Part shown: in pieces, positions 40,075 to 50,850 of the stretch
Position numbering within the stretch: position 1 is the first letter of the stretch
How the letters are laid out: each line of letters opens with the position of its first letter
Origin: Deltaproteobacteria bacterium
Lineage (GTDB): Bacteria > Myxococcota > Kuafuiibacteriia > Kuafuiibacteriales > Kuafuiibacteriaceae
Reading direction: 5' to 3'
DNA length: 64,000 bases
Assembly: GCA_040218735.1 (NCBI GenBank)
Contig: JAVJQW010000023.1
Location: 128,001 to 192,000 of the forward strand
Translations under genes and position numbers: made by a program
Notes under the pieces: model-generated
What the model saw: the letters and a program-made list of their open reading frames with translations, nothing else
The model's database searches: none
Told to the model about the DNA's origin: nothing

Positions 40075-40623
40075 CTACGCGGCGTGCGCTTCGATCAGGC
40101 CGTATTGGCCGTCGGGCAGTCGGTACACCACGTTCACGTGGTGACTGATCGCGTTCGTGAAAACCAGGAAGTCGGAGTTGAGGAGGTCCATCTTCATGAC
40201 CGCCTCGTCGACGTTCATCTCCTTGGCGACGATCGTCTCCTGCCGAACGATCTGCGGGATCTCGACCTGCTCGTCCTTCTCCTCGACCGCGAGCACCTGG
40301 TGCGGCAGCTCGCGTCCGATGGACGACGACTCGCGGTGGCTCTTGATCTTCTCGCGGTAGCGCTTGACCTGCCGGACGATGCGCTCCACCGCCGCGTCGA
40401 TCGAAGCGTACATGTCCTCGGACTTGTCGATGCCGCGCATGCGCAGCGACCCGTCCGTCAGCAGCTCGATGTGCGCGACGTGAAGATGTTTCTCGACGCT
40501 GAGCACGACCTGCGCTTCGCCTCCCCGGTCGATCAACTTCGTGATCTTGTCGACCTTCTCCTCCGCGTACTCCCGAATCGGGTCGCTGGCTTTCATGTGG
40601 CGAAACGTCACCGAACACTTCAT
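40075..40623 (-). CDS. hpf: Ribosome hibernation promoting factor (long HPF)
   Basis: TFRHM, DMYASID, EAVMKMDLL...FLVF, VYR..DG.YGLI. Confidence 0.93.
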   Translation of the reverse strand: MKCSVTFRHMKASDPIREYAEEKVDKITKLIDRGGEAQVVLSVEKHLHVAHIELLTDGSLRMRGIDKSEDMYASIDAAVERIVRQVKRYREKIKSHRESSSIGRELPHQVLAVEEKDEQVEIPQIVRQETIVAKEMNVDEAVMKMDLLNSDFLVFTNAISHHVNVVYRLPDGQYGLIEAHAA

Positions 40624-40648
40624 GCGGTCGAGTCCCCTTCTTTCGTTG

Positions 40649-42121
<1,473 letters not shown>

Positions 42122-42178
42122 CGGTGACGACAAGAGATAGCACGTCACGAATCCTCGATAAAGCGATCGGAGGAAAGT

Positions 42179-42193
42179 TGGCCCGTTTCTTGA
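42179..42193 (+). promoter_or_regulatory. Sigma-54 -24/-12-like site oriented opposite to rpoN
   Basis: TGGCCCG-TTTC-TTGA versus consensus TGGCACG-N4-TTGC, in the lptB-rpoN spacer. Confidence 0.35.
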
Positions 42194-42206
42194 CGGGGCC
42201 TTGACA

Positions 42207-42941
42207 TCAGAGCCGGAAGTCGTCCCCGAGATATTGGGCGCGCGCCGCTTCGCTGTTGGCGATCGCTTCCTTCGTCCCGTGCTCGAGCACCCGCCCCGTC
42301 ACCAGGATGTACGCGCGCGTGCAGATGCCGAGCGTCTCACGCACGTTGTGGTCGGTGATCAGTACACCGATCCCCCGCTCCGTGAGGCGGGCGATCGAAC
42401 CCTGCAGATCGGCGACCGCGATCGGGTCGATCCCGGCGAACGGCTCGTCGAGCAGCACGAACTTCGGATCCATCGCCAGGCATCGGGCGATCTCCAGCCG
42501 CCGCCGCTCACCGCCGGAGAGCTGCTCGCCGAGGCTGTCCTTCACGTGGCGGATCTCCATCTCGTCGATCAACGCCTCTGCGCGCGCGTGGCGCTCGCTT
42601 CGATTCAGCGTCGTCAGCTCCAGCACCGCGAGCAAGTTGTCCTGCACGCTCATCCGCCGGAACACCGAGGCCTCCTGGGGCAGGTACCCCAGGCCGCGCC
42701 GCGCACGTTCGTGGATCGGGAGCCGCGTCAGCTCGACGCCGCCGAGCCGCACCGCGCCTGCCTCCGGGCGCACCAGCCCCACGACCATGTTGAACGAGGT
42801 CGTCTTCCCCGCCCCGTTCGGACCGAGCAGCCCCACGACCTCGCCGCGGTTCACCTCGAAGGACACCCGGTCCACCACCCGCCGCGCGCGGTAGGACTTC
42901 ACGAGCTCGTGCGCGACGAGCCCCTCCGACGCCTCGCTCAT
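42207..42941 (-). CDS. lptB: LPS export ABC transporter ATP-binding protein
   Basis: GPNGAGKTT, YLPQEASVFR, LSGGERRR, LLDEPFAGIDP, TDHNVRETL. Confidence 0.96.
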   Translation of the reverse strand: MSEASEGLVAHELVKSYRARRVVDRVSFEVNRGEVVGLLGPNGAGKTTSFNMVVGLVRPEAGAVRLGGVELTRLPIHERARRGLGYLPQEASVFRRMSVQDNLLAVLELTTLNRSERHARAEALIDEMEIRHVKDSLGEQLSGGERRRLEIARCLAMDPKFVLLDEPFAGIDPIAVADLQGSIARLTERGIGVLITDHNVRETLGICTRAYILVTGRVLEHGTKEAIANSEAARAQYLGDDFRL

Positions 42942-43432
42942 GGGCGCGGCTCGGGCGGACACGCCCGCAGGGACGGGGCCTTCTTCCCCTTCGGCTCGAA
43001 CGAGAAGCGGCTCCCCTTCCCCTCCACGGAGAGCTTGTCGCGGCCGATGTCGTAGACGATTCGGTCGCCCGAGAGCATCGCGTCCGGGGCGTAGACCTTC
43101 GCCTTGCCGAAGAGCGTCACGGCGTCGCGCTCGGCCACGAACACCGCGACGTCCGCGCGGGCCATCGTGCCGTCGGGCCGGACGATCACCACGTCGCCGC
43201 GGCAGGTGACGCGCTCGATGCGCTGCTCCGAGTACTTGGCCTCGGCTTCGTCGCAGCAGACGACGACGTCTTCGCGCTCGATCACCACGTCGCCGCGCGC
43301 ACGCCCGACCTTCTTCTCGAGGTCGATCTCCAGCCCGCCGGTCGACCGCATCTGGACCGGACGGTCGTCGGCGAGGCGCTGCGCCGGGGCGGCCAACGTG
43401 AACAGCACCCCGAGCAGGAGCCAGCGCGACAC
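42938..43432 (-). CDS. lptA: LptA/OstA family protein
   Basis: Signal peptide; G.VVI, A..A.F, L.G.A, GDRIVY pattern; directly upstream of lptB. Confidence 0.82.
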   Translation of the reverse strand: MSRWLLLGVLFTLAAPAQRLADDRPVQMRSTGGLEIDLEKKVGRARGDVVIEREDVVVCCDEAEAKYSEQRIERVTCRGDVVIVRPDGTMARADVAVFVAERDAVTLFGKAKVYAPDAMLSGDRIVYDIGRDKLSVEGKGSRFSFEPKGKKAPSLRACPPEPRP

Positions 43433-43463
43433 GCCGGCATCGCACCGCCGATGGCCGTCTCGG

Positions 43464-44606
43464 TCAACTATCGCAGAACAGGTAGTGCCAGCAGCCGTCG
43501 ATCTCGCCGTCGGTCCACGCGCCGCCGCCGTAGCGGACGCGGTACTTCACAGGGCTGTTGGAGGGCTCGTCGAAGTCGCGCTCGGGGGCGTTGTCGACGG
43601 TCGGCCCGCACCCCGCAAACGGGGCGGCACTCGCGGCGTAGTCGGCGTGCGGCAACGCGAGGTGGAAGGAGTCGCACGCGTTGTGGTGGTTCCAACGGTA
43701 GTTCATCACCGCCTCCACCTCGGCCTCCGAGGTGAAGACGTGGGGTACGCGGTCGGCCGGGTCGAGCGCCGCGTTGTCGTCTTCCACGGTGAGGCGGACG
43801 AACCGGTAGCCCTCGGTGTGCCCGCCTCCGAGGAAGAAGCAACCCTGGACCTCGAAACGCGCGGTGCCGAGCTCGAACGTCTCCACACGCGACCACTGGG
43901 TGAGGGGGCAGAAGAGGTCCTCGAGGACGTCCCCGGCGCCGAAACGTCCGACCGTCACGACTGGCGTGTCGTAGTCGATGGTGTCCGCGGTGACCTCGCC
44001 GCGAACCGCCGCCACGAAGTCCTCGTCCCCGTCGAGGACGAGGCCACCCACGCCGAGGACCCGGATGTGCAAGCTGGATTGCACGCCGCCCATCGCGTCC
44101 GCGAGGCCCTCCACGACGAACAGCTCCGAGGGCATCCGCACCTCGGTCACCTCGCCGAGCGGCGTCGTCACCAGGCGCTCGGTCGGTGAGGACACCGTGT
44201 CGTCGACGATCCAGTGTCTGGTGAGGCCGTAGTACAGCCCACCCCAGAGGATGCTCGCGACGCGGGGCGCGCCCCCCGTCGGGCTGCACACCTCGATGCG
44301 GACCAACGAGAGCTGATCCACCTCGGCGGACACGACGTTCGTGGCGGCGGGGAGCTCAGGGAGGCTCAGGTCCATCTCGTGGGGGACCGGCGACACCTCG
44401 AACAGCGAGTACATCGAACGCGCCGCGCCATCGTCGCAGGACGTCGGGACGCCGGCGTCGGTTGGGGCGCCGCCGTCGGCCGGGGCGCCGCCGTCGCGCA
44501 CGCCACCGTCGGGGGCGTTCACACCGCCGTCACGGGCGGGGACCTCGGGGGACGCGGCGCCGCAGGCCACGAGGCAGGGGACGAGGAGGAGGGAGCCGAA
44601 ACGCAC
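43464..44606 (-). CDS. Hypothetical lipoprotein
   Basis: GTG start, lipobox LVAC, DGG linker; contains WNHHNACDSF. Confidence 0.7.
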   Translation of the reverse strand: MRFGSLLLVPCLVACGAASPEVPARDGGVNAPDGGVRDGGAPADGGAPTDAGVPTSCDDGAARSMYSLFEVSPVPHEMDLSLPELPAATNVVSAEVDQLSLVRIEVCSPTGGAPRVASILWGGLYYGLTRHWIVDDTVSSPTERLVTTPLGEVTEVRMPSELFVVEGLADAMGGVQSSLHIRVLGVGGLVLDGDEDFVAAVRGEVTADTIDYDTPVVTVGRFGAGDVLEDLFCPLTQWSRVETFELGTARFEVQGCFFLGGGHTEGYRFVRLTVEDDNAALDPADRVPHVFTSEAEVEAVMNYRWNHHNACDSFHLALPHADYAASAAPFAGCGPTVDNAPERDFDEPSNSPVKYRVRYGGGAWTDGEIDGCWHYLFCDS

Positions 44607-44779
44607 GGGACCGACGACCGCAAACCCCGGACCACCGCGCCTGCGTCCGGATTCGGCCGCCCGATCTCGAAAATCCAAGCCCGCAAGGCACTTCGGCCCC
44701 GATCGCAATGAATTGCACGCGACGGCGCCGAATCCCCACCTCGACCGGATCGGAACGGGTGGTGCACAATGGGGCAGCG

Positions 44780-45361
44780 ATGCGGCGTCGGCGCACCCCC
44801 CGGTCCTCCGAAGGTGGCTTCGCGCTGCTCGTCGTCGTCATCCTGCTCGCGCTGATGACCGCCGCGACGGCCCTCTCGCTCGACAACGCGGTGGCCTCGC
44901 TCCGGACCCACGCCGGGGCCCGCGCCTCCGAGATGATCAAGTCGGCCGCCGACTACGGCGTCTCGGAGGCCATCGCCCAGCTGCAGGTCGACGACGTCGA
45001 GGTCATCACCAACCCGCTCGTGTACCCGGGCATCGCGCCCGCCAACAGCTTCGACATCTTCAACGGCGGCGGCGAGGCCGTCTCGCCGACCTCCTACTTC
45101 CCCCTGCCGGGCCAACCGGCGCTGACCTATCCGCCCGCGATGGTGCCGCAGCACCCGATGGAGGGCGACTACGGCGTCCGCGTCGGCCTGCGCACCGCCC
45201 AGCGTGCACGCGCGCCGGCGGGCGAAGACGTACGCTCGGCCTACGGACAGGTCGTCGAGCTCCAGGTCGAGGTGCAGTCGGTCGCCCCGGGCGTGCCACC
45301 CGTGCAGGAGCGCGTGAGCGTCGGCATCGTCATCCCGCGCAAGGTCGCCAACTCGAAGTAA
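44780..45361 (+). CDS. PilX-like type IV minor pilin / prepilin-type protein
   Basis: Basic leader then G|FALLVVVILLALM without Glu5; A..AADYGV..A typical of the PilX N-terminus. Confidence 0.7.
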   Translation: MRRRRTPRSSEGGFALLVVVILLALMTAATALSLDNAVASLRTHAGARASEMIKSAADYGVSEAIAQLQVDDVEVITNPLVYPGIAPANSFDIFNGGGEAVSPTSYFPLPGQPALTYPPAMVPQHPMEGDYGVRVGLRTAQRARAPAGEDVRSAYGQVVELQVEVQSVAPGVPPVQERVSVGIVIPRKVANSK

Positions 45362-45367
45362 CGCGCG

Positions 45368-46273
45368 TCAGCGCTTCCACCGCGCGTGGAACCACACCCA
45401 CTCCGCCGGCGATGCGCGGATCGCATCTTCGATCCGCTTCGTGAGCGCCGCGGTCACCGCCTCCACGCGCTCGGCCTTGTCCCCCGACTCGGGCGCGTCG
45501 AAGCGCTCGAGGCGAACCTCGTGTCCGGCGCCGTCCGGACGGCGGCGAATGAACCCCGTGACGATCGGCGCGTTCCGCCGGAGCGCGAGCTCTGCGGCGG
45601 CGACGGGCGTCGACGCGGGCGCGCCGAAGAACGGTACGTGGATCGACGGCACCTTGGTGTCCTGATCCAACAGCACGCCGAGCAGCGCGCCGCGTTTCAT
45701 CGCCGAGAGCATGTCGCGCGCCGCGCGCGGATCGCCGCGGTTGATCGTCGCCAACCCGCCGCGCCGCCGACGCTCCACGATCCACGCGCCGAGGAACGGG
45801 TTCGGCGCGCCGCGCGCGAGCGTGACTGCGTCGAAACCTTCCAGCGCGACACGCTGCGCGAGCAGCTCCCAGTTCCCGACGTGGCCCGTCACGAAGATGA
45901 CCCCGCGCCCCGGCTCGCTCGCCGCCTGGAGGATGCGACGATCCTCCTCCCCGAGCGCGACGTAGTCCGCGAGCCGCGTCGACAACCGAGGTTGCTGCGC
46001 GATCTCCGCGGCGATCATGCCGGCGTTCTCGTAGACGGCGACGGAGAGCCGACGCGCCTCCGCCTCCGACACGCCGAGCCGCTCCACCAGCTGCCGCTCC
46101 GCGCGACGTCGCCCCTCGCCGTCGAAGCGGCGTGCGACGCGCCCGAGCGAACGTCCCAGCGCGAGCGCCCAACGGATCGGCAGCAACGCGATCAAGCCGG
46201 CACCGAGGCGCGCGAGCTGGAACACGAGCCAACGCTTCGCGCGTTTCCTCGCTCGACGACCGGCTCGCCCCAC
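45368..46273 (-). CDS. Lipid A biosynthesis acyltransferase (LpxL/HtrB family)
   Basis: HVGNWE, LLDQD, VPFFG, EWVWFHARWK. Confidence 0.9.
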   Translation of the reverse strand: MGRAGRRARKRAKRWLVFQLARLGAGLIALLPIRWALALGRSLGRVARRFDGEGRRRAERQLVERLGVSEAEARRLSVAVYENAGMIAAEIAQQPRLSTRLADYVALGEEDRRILQAASEPGRGVIFVTGHVGNWELLAQRVALEGFDAVTLARGAPNPFLGAWIVERRRRGGLATINRGDPRAARDMLSAMKRGALLGVLLDQDTKVPSIHVPFFGAPASTPVAAAELALRRNAPIVTGFIRRRPDGAGHEVRLERFDAPESGDKAERVEAVTAALTKRIEDAIRASPAEWVWFHARWKR

Positions 46274-46316
46274 AGCGCGCGACTACATCAGCTGTCGACG
46301 AGCCGTCGAGGCTCGC

Positions 46317-46520
46317 TCAACGACAGCTGCGGTCCGCCTCGCACGCGGCTCGTGTGCTGTAGGTATCGCCGCAGTCTCCGCTGCACGCGCAGCTGCAGTT
46401 CGACTCCACGCACGCCGTACCGTTCAAGTACCAAGCCGTGATCGGGCAGCAGGACGCGACGGAGAAGGAGACCTGCTTGGCGCTGCAGCTGGCGGGCGCC
46501 GCGCAACTCGGTGGCGGCCG
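46317..46520 (-). pseudogene. Start-less 67-codon Cys-rich (Kunitz-like) segment in frame after the PilZ gene TGA
   Basis: RPPPSCAAPASCSAKQVSFSVASCCPITAWYLNGTACVESNCSCACSGDCGDTYSTRAACEADRSCR*, 11 Cys, GC3-rich codons. Confidence 0.55.
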
Positions 46521-47291
46521 TCACCGTCGGCGATCGAACAGCCCGTCGAGGCTCGGGCGCTGCACGACCTCCGAGTCACGGTCGAACCCCAGGATGCTCG
46601 CTTCGCGGTCGCGGCGCTGCTGCGGCGCGTCGGCGAGCTCCGCGAGGGCGCGGCGTTCGCCTTCGGAGAGCTTCGTCACCACCGCGACGCCGCGAACGCT
46701 CGCGTCGGCGTAGACCCCCACGACCGTGGAGGCGACCGACACCGCGCGACGGTCCGTCGGCGACACGATCGTCACCCACAGGCTGGTCTCCAGCGGCACC
46801 TGCATCGTGGTCTCGATCAGCAGCTCCCGCCCCGCGAGGATGTCTTCCGCGAGCGCGCGCAGCTCCTTCGGATCCGGGACCGCCACGCGCAGCTCGGGCG
46901 AGGCCGCTTTCACGCGACGGCGCCCGCCCGCGTTGGAGCTCGGCCTCCGTGGCGCGGGTTCACGCGGGCGACGCTCGAGCTCCAGGACGAACTGCGTCCA
47001 CGACGCCTTGGCCTCCGGCTCCAGCACGATGAAGCGCAGCCCGAGCCCGCAGTGTCCGCCGTCCGGATCGGTGCGGTGCACGCCCATTCCCGAGACGCGG
47101 ATCGGTGCACGCCGGTTCGGGAGCACGAGCTCGACCTGCACCAGGCGGAGCAACGGAGGCGCCACGTCGGCGGTGAGGAACATGCCGTCGAACGACACGT
47201 TGCGCACCACGGCCTGGAGCGCCTCTGCGCCCAGCCACATCGTGGCCGACAGCTCGACTTCGTAGCGGGCGGATCGGCGGCGCTCCTTCAC
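46521..47291 (-). CDS. PilZ domain protein (PilZ plus degenerate second PilZ)
   Basis: ERRRSARY, NVSFDGMF, GLGLRF; second RRRV...-like unit. Confidence 0.85.
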   Translation of the reverse strand: MKERRRSARYEVELSATMWLGAEALQAVVRNVSFDGMFLTADVAPPLLRLVQVELVLPNRRAPIRVSGMGVHRTDPDGGHCGLGLRFIVLEPEAKASWTQFVLELERRPREPAPRRPSSNAGGRRRVKAASPELRVAVPDPKELRALAEDILAGRELLIETTMQVPLETSLWVTIVSPTDRRAVSVASTVVGVYADASVRGVAVVTKLSEGERRALAELADAPQQRRDREASILGFDRDSEVVQRPSLDGLFDRRR

Positions 47292-47342
47292 GGGTTCGAC
47301 TCTACAGTTCGGAGCGCCGAGGCGGGACTAGAGGGCAGCGCG

Positions 47343-50048
47343 TCAGTTCGGGACGTTCGTCGTCCAGCCGACGGTCCAGTCGTTCGCCGGATCGATCGCG
47401 CCCCGGTACGTGACCTGCTCGAAGAACGTGTCCGCCGGGACGACGGCGCCCGACATCGCGGGGGATCCCGCCGACGGCTTGAAGTCCGGCGACGCGATGT
47501 CGAACGGCGCCCCGAGCATCACCGGCTCGAACGAGTTGCCGGCGTTGGTCTCGAGGAACGTCCGCACCGTGATCGGGTCCTCGGCCTCCTCCTCAGTGAC
47601 GGTCACGCAGTCGAAGACCGAGTGCTCGACGACGAGCGTCCCCGTCAGCGTGCTCCCGTTGACGCCGTGCGCCCAGGTCTCCGGGTGGTCGATGTCGACG
47701 CAGGCGTCGTTCCACCCGAGCACCAACGCGTTGGCGATGTAGGCTCCGGTGCCTTCACGGATCAACATGCCGTAGTCGGACGCATCCGATGCCGGGCTGC
47801 CGATCAGCGTGAGGTTCGACAGCGTCGGGTTCGAACGCGGCAGGTTGTCGCGCTGGTCTTCCTTGTTGTCGGCCTCGATGCCGTTGTCGCCGATGCCTTC
47901 GATCTGCTGCGACACGAAGAACTGCCCGCGCCCCGTCCAGCCCTCGGTCCAGTCGAGGTTGTCGTCGTCGGCCCCCGTCACCATCACGTGTTTGAAGTCG
48001 ACGGTCCCGCCGAAGAACTCGATGCCGTCGTCCTGGCCGCGGTGGATCTGGATGTAGTCGAGCACCGTGTTGCGCCCCACGCCCTGCAGCGCGAGCCCGT
48101 TGAGCTCGTTGTCGGGGCTCAGCAGCTTGCCGGCGAACTCGATGCGCACGTAGCGGAGCACGCCGCTGTTGTCGTCGGGATCGTCGCCGCCGTAGAAGCC
48201 GGTGCCACCTTCACCGAACGCCTCACACGGCGGCGTCTCGCACTGGAGGTTGATCGGCGCGTTGCCGTTGATGATCACGCCGCCCCAGTCCCCGGTCGCC
48301 CGCGAGCCCGGGTTCCGCGAAGACGTGAACACGATCGGCGCGTCGCGCGTTCCGTCGGCGACGATGCGAGAGCCCCGCTTGATCACCAGGACCCCCGTGG
48401 TCTCGGCTTCACCGAGGACGGTCGTGCCCGGGTCGATCGTCAACGTGGTCAGGTCGGTCCCGTTGCCCACGAACACCGTGCCGCGCAGCAACCAACGCTG
48501 GTTCGCGGTCAGGCGTGTGTCCTCGGTCAGCGTGCCGGTGAGGATGCAGACGCCGCCCTCGCAGGTCTCCATCGGCGGCGGCATCGGGTTGCCGGGCTCG
48601 CCGAGGTCGAACGGCTCGGGGCGGCAGGCGTCGTCGAGCTGCGTCGCCCAGATCTTGTCGGTCGCCTGACGCTGGCTCGCGCTGAAGGCGTACGTCGTGC
48701 CGATGCCGAGATCGATGTCGTCCATCGACTCGAACGTGTTCACGAGATCCTCGGTCGCGATCGCCGGCCCGTTGCGCAGCAGGCCTTCGACGAACAGGCG
48801 CGCGACGACGTAACCCTCGAGGCTCACGAAGCCCGGGCGGAGGTTCGGATCGAACGCGGTGAGGTGGTCGCGGTACTGAATCAGCCCCGACGCGTTCGAC
48901 GAGAAGTCCGGCACCACCTGCGTGATCAACACGGACTCGCAGAAGCGCTTGTCACCCGCGAGCGTCTGGTAGGTGCCGAAGCTCTCGAGCTCGTCGGACA
49001 GCTCGTCCGGGCCGCTCGCCGAGAACGCGACGAACACGATCTCGTCGACGGTCAGGATCTCGCCGACCTCCTGCGGGGTCAGGTCGTACTCGAGGCCGGG
49101 CGAGGTGCCGCGCTTGATCCGGAACAGCTCGTCGAGCAGCTCTCGCACGAACGCCGCCGCCGGACGCGCGTGCGCGTTGAGGAAAATCGACGCCACGACG
49201 CTACCGTCGGCGGAGCGCACGCGGTTGCCGTCACCGAGCCAGCGCAGGAAGACTCCGACCGCCGACTCGACGTTCTGCGTCCCGCGCATGTACGTGCCCA
49301 CCGGGACGTCCGCGGCTTCGATGCCACCGAACTGACGCAGCGAAGTCGCGACCGCGTTCAGACCCGACTGCCCGAACGTCGTCGGTACGCCGTCCGTGCC
49401 GGCCGCCTCCACGAACACACCGACGTTCGCGGCGGGGACCGGCGGGTTACGCACCGTCGTCACGAAGCCGACGCCGCGAGTCATCTCGTCCTGCACCGAA
49501 GCGCGCACGTTGAACACGTAGCGGTCGGGTGGATCCTGACGGAGCGCCCCGTCCCCTGAGAGCGGCCCGAATAGGATCCGCTGCGACTGGTTCGCGACCT
49601 CCGCCATCACGCCGGCCGTGTTCGTGCCCACGCCGCCGACGTAGGCGAGCACGCCTTCGCCGCTCGACATCGACTCCATGTTGGAGCGCGCGGTCGTCGG
49701 ATCGTCCCCGTCGTCGAGCGCGACGAGCTCGATCTGCCGGCCGTCGACGCCGCCGTTTTTGTTCACGAAGTCGAAGTAGGCCTCGATGCCTTCCTGCATC
49801 GGCGCACCGAGCCCCGCCGGGCCGGTAGTGAGCGGCCCCGTCATGCCGACGCGGATGCGCTCCGCGGTCACGCCGGGCTCGCTGCTCTCGGGGCGAACAC
49901 ACGCGCCGCGGCGCGTGCTGCATACGAAGTCGGCGGGGCAGTCGGACTGCGCGGCGCAGCTGAAGAGCACGTCGTCGAGCGACGGCGCCGTACACGAAGA
50001 GAGGAGAAATGCGGCGCCCGCAGCGCCGACCCAGTTTTCGAGCCGCAT
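47343..50048 (-). CDS. Lipoprotein: branched-chain amino acid-type ABC substrate-binding domain fused to a beta-helix-like domain
   Basis: Lipobox LSSC; GVT..RIRVG, NKNGGVDGR, DDG.DP, GGVGT, FNVRAS, SLEGY; C-terminal GDWGG, DDNSGVLRYVRIEFAG, ELNGL, DDGIEFFGGTV, WT.GWT. Confidence 0.85.
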   Translation of the reverse strand: MRLENWVGAAGAAFLLSSCTAPSLDDVLFSCAAQSDCPADFVCSTRRGACVRPESSEPGVTAERIRVGMTGPLTTGPAGLGAPMQEGIEAYFDFVNKNGGVDGRQIELVALDDGDDPTTARSNMESMSSGEGVLAYVGGVGTNTAGVMAEVANQSQRILFGPLSGDGALRQDPPDRYVFNVRASVQDEMTRGVGFVTTVRNPPVPAANVGVFVEAAGTDGVPTTFGQSGLNAVATSLRQFGGIEAADVPVGTYMRGTQNVESAVGVFLRWLGDGNRVRSADGSVVASIFLNAHARPAAAFVRELLDELFRIKRGTSPGLEYDLTPQEVGEILTVDEIVFVAFSASGPDELSDELESFGTYQTLAGDKRFCESVLITQVVPDFSSNASGLIQYRDHLTAFDPNLRPGFVSLEGYVVARLFVEGLLRNGPAIATEDLVNTFESMDDIDLGIGTTYAFSASQRQATDKIWATQLDDACRPEPFDLGEPGNPMPPPMETCEGGVCILTGTLTEDTRLTANQRWLLRGTVFVGNGTDLTTLTIDPGTTVLGEAETTGVLVIKRGSRIVADGTRDAPIVFTSSRNPGSRATGDWGGVIINGNAPINLQCETPPCEAFGEGGTGFYGGDDPDDNSGVLRYVRIEFAGKLLSPDNELNGLALQGVGRNTVLDYIQIHRGQDDGIEFFGGTVDFKHVMVTGADDDNLDWTEGWTGRGQFFVSQQIEGIGDNGIEADNKEDQRDNLPRSNPTLSNLTLIGSPASDASDYGMLIREGTGAYIANALVLGWNDACVDIDHPETWAHGVNGSTLTGTLVVEHSVFDCVTVTEEEAEDPITVRTFLETNAGNSFEPVMLGAPFDIASPDFKPSAGSPAMSGAVVPADTFFEQVTYRGAIDPANDWTVGWTTNVPN

Positions 50049-50839
50049 CAGAAACGACCTCCCACGACCAACGCGCCGCCATCCTTACCGGGCGCGACGG
50101 AGACGGCGACGTCATCGTCACCACCGCTCAACAGCGCCCAGACCGCGCCGCCCGCAGCGGCGACCACGCCGCCCGCGATCAGCGCGGTGCCGATCGTCTT
50201 CTTCGACTCGCCGGAGTCGGCCAGCTCTTCGGCTTCGACGCGCGTCAGCGGCGCAACGCCGTTCATCGCGTTGGACTTCGCGTCGGCGATCTTCCCGTGG
50301 TCGGAGGCGCCGAGCCCGAAGAAGACGGCGCCCGTCCCCACCAGCGCGACGCCGATGCCGCCGACCACCCACGGCAGCACGCCGGGGCCCTCGGACTTCT
50401 TGGGGTTCGTCGTCACCGTGACCGGAGCTCCGGTGCCCCCTGGTGCGGGCGCGGGTGAAAGCTCCGCGTCGGACGGCGCGACCTTGCTCTTCAGCTTGGC
50501 GGTCCGGAGCATCGACGCGCGCTCGGTGGCCTTCGCGCGTGTGGAGGCGGTCGCCTCTGACGAAGCCGCGCACTTCTCGTAGGCGACCATCGCGCCGTCG
50601 AGATCACCCGACGCTTCCTTCGCCTTACCGATGTTGAACAGCAGGTTCGGCTCGGGGAACAGCCGGTAGGCCTCCTCGAACTTCTCGACCGCCGCCGTGT
50701 ACTTCTGCGCGCGGTAGAGCGCCACGCCCTCCGCGTAGAGCGCCTCGACCTGCGAAGCCGTATCGCCTTGCGCCCGCGCGCTCGTCGCGGGGACCGCCAT
50801 CGCCAGTAGGAGTAAGAGTTTCGGTATCAGGTGCCGCAT
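50048..50839 (-). CDS. Exported TPR protein with C-terminal hydrophobic segments
   Basis: Signal peptide; G..LY...Y..A...FE.AY...P.P.LLFNIG TPR; two Gly-rich hydrophobic stretches; terminal GGRF. Confidence 0.85.
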   Translation of the reverse strand: MRHLIPKLLLLLAMAVPATSARAQGDTASQVEALYAEGVALYRAQKYTAAVEKFEEAYRLFPEPNLLFNIGKAKEASGDLDGAMVAYEKCAASSEATASTRAKATERASMLRTAKLKSKVAPSDAELSPAPAPGGTGAPVTVTTNPKKSEGPGVLPWVVGGIGVALVGTGAVFFGLGASDHGKIADAKSNAMNGVAPLTRVEAEELADSGESKKTIGTALIAGGVVAAAGGAVWALLSGGDDDVAVSVAPGKDGGALVVGGRF

Positions 50840-50850
50840 CGTGTGTTTCT

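Noticed and set aside
46288-46524. 78 aa ORF from the track
   Set aside because: Arg/Leu-rich off-frame reading; the overlapping Cys-rich frame has better codon bias
47052-49559. Long alternative ORFs (e.g. 835 aa here; also 8860-10686, 22983-24686, 25920-27617, 40541-42100, 56258-58453)
   Set aside because: Antisense shadows of well-supported genes; Arg/Val/His-rich and motif-free, as expected at this GC content
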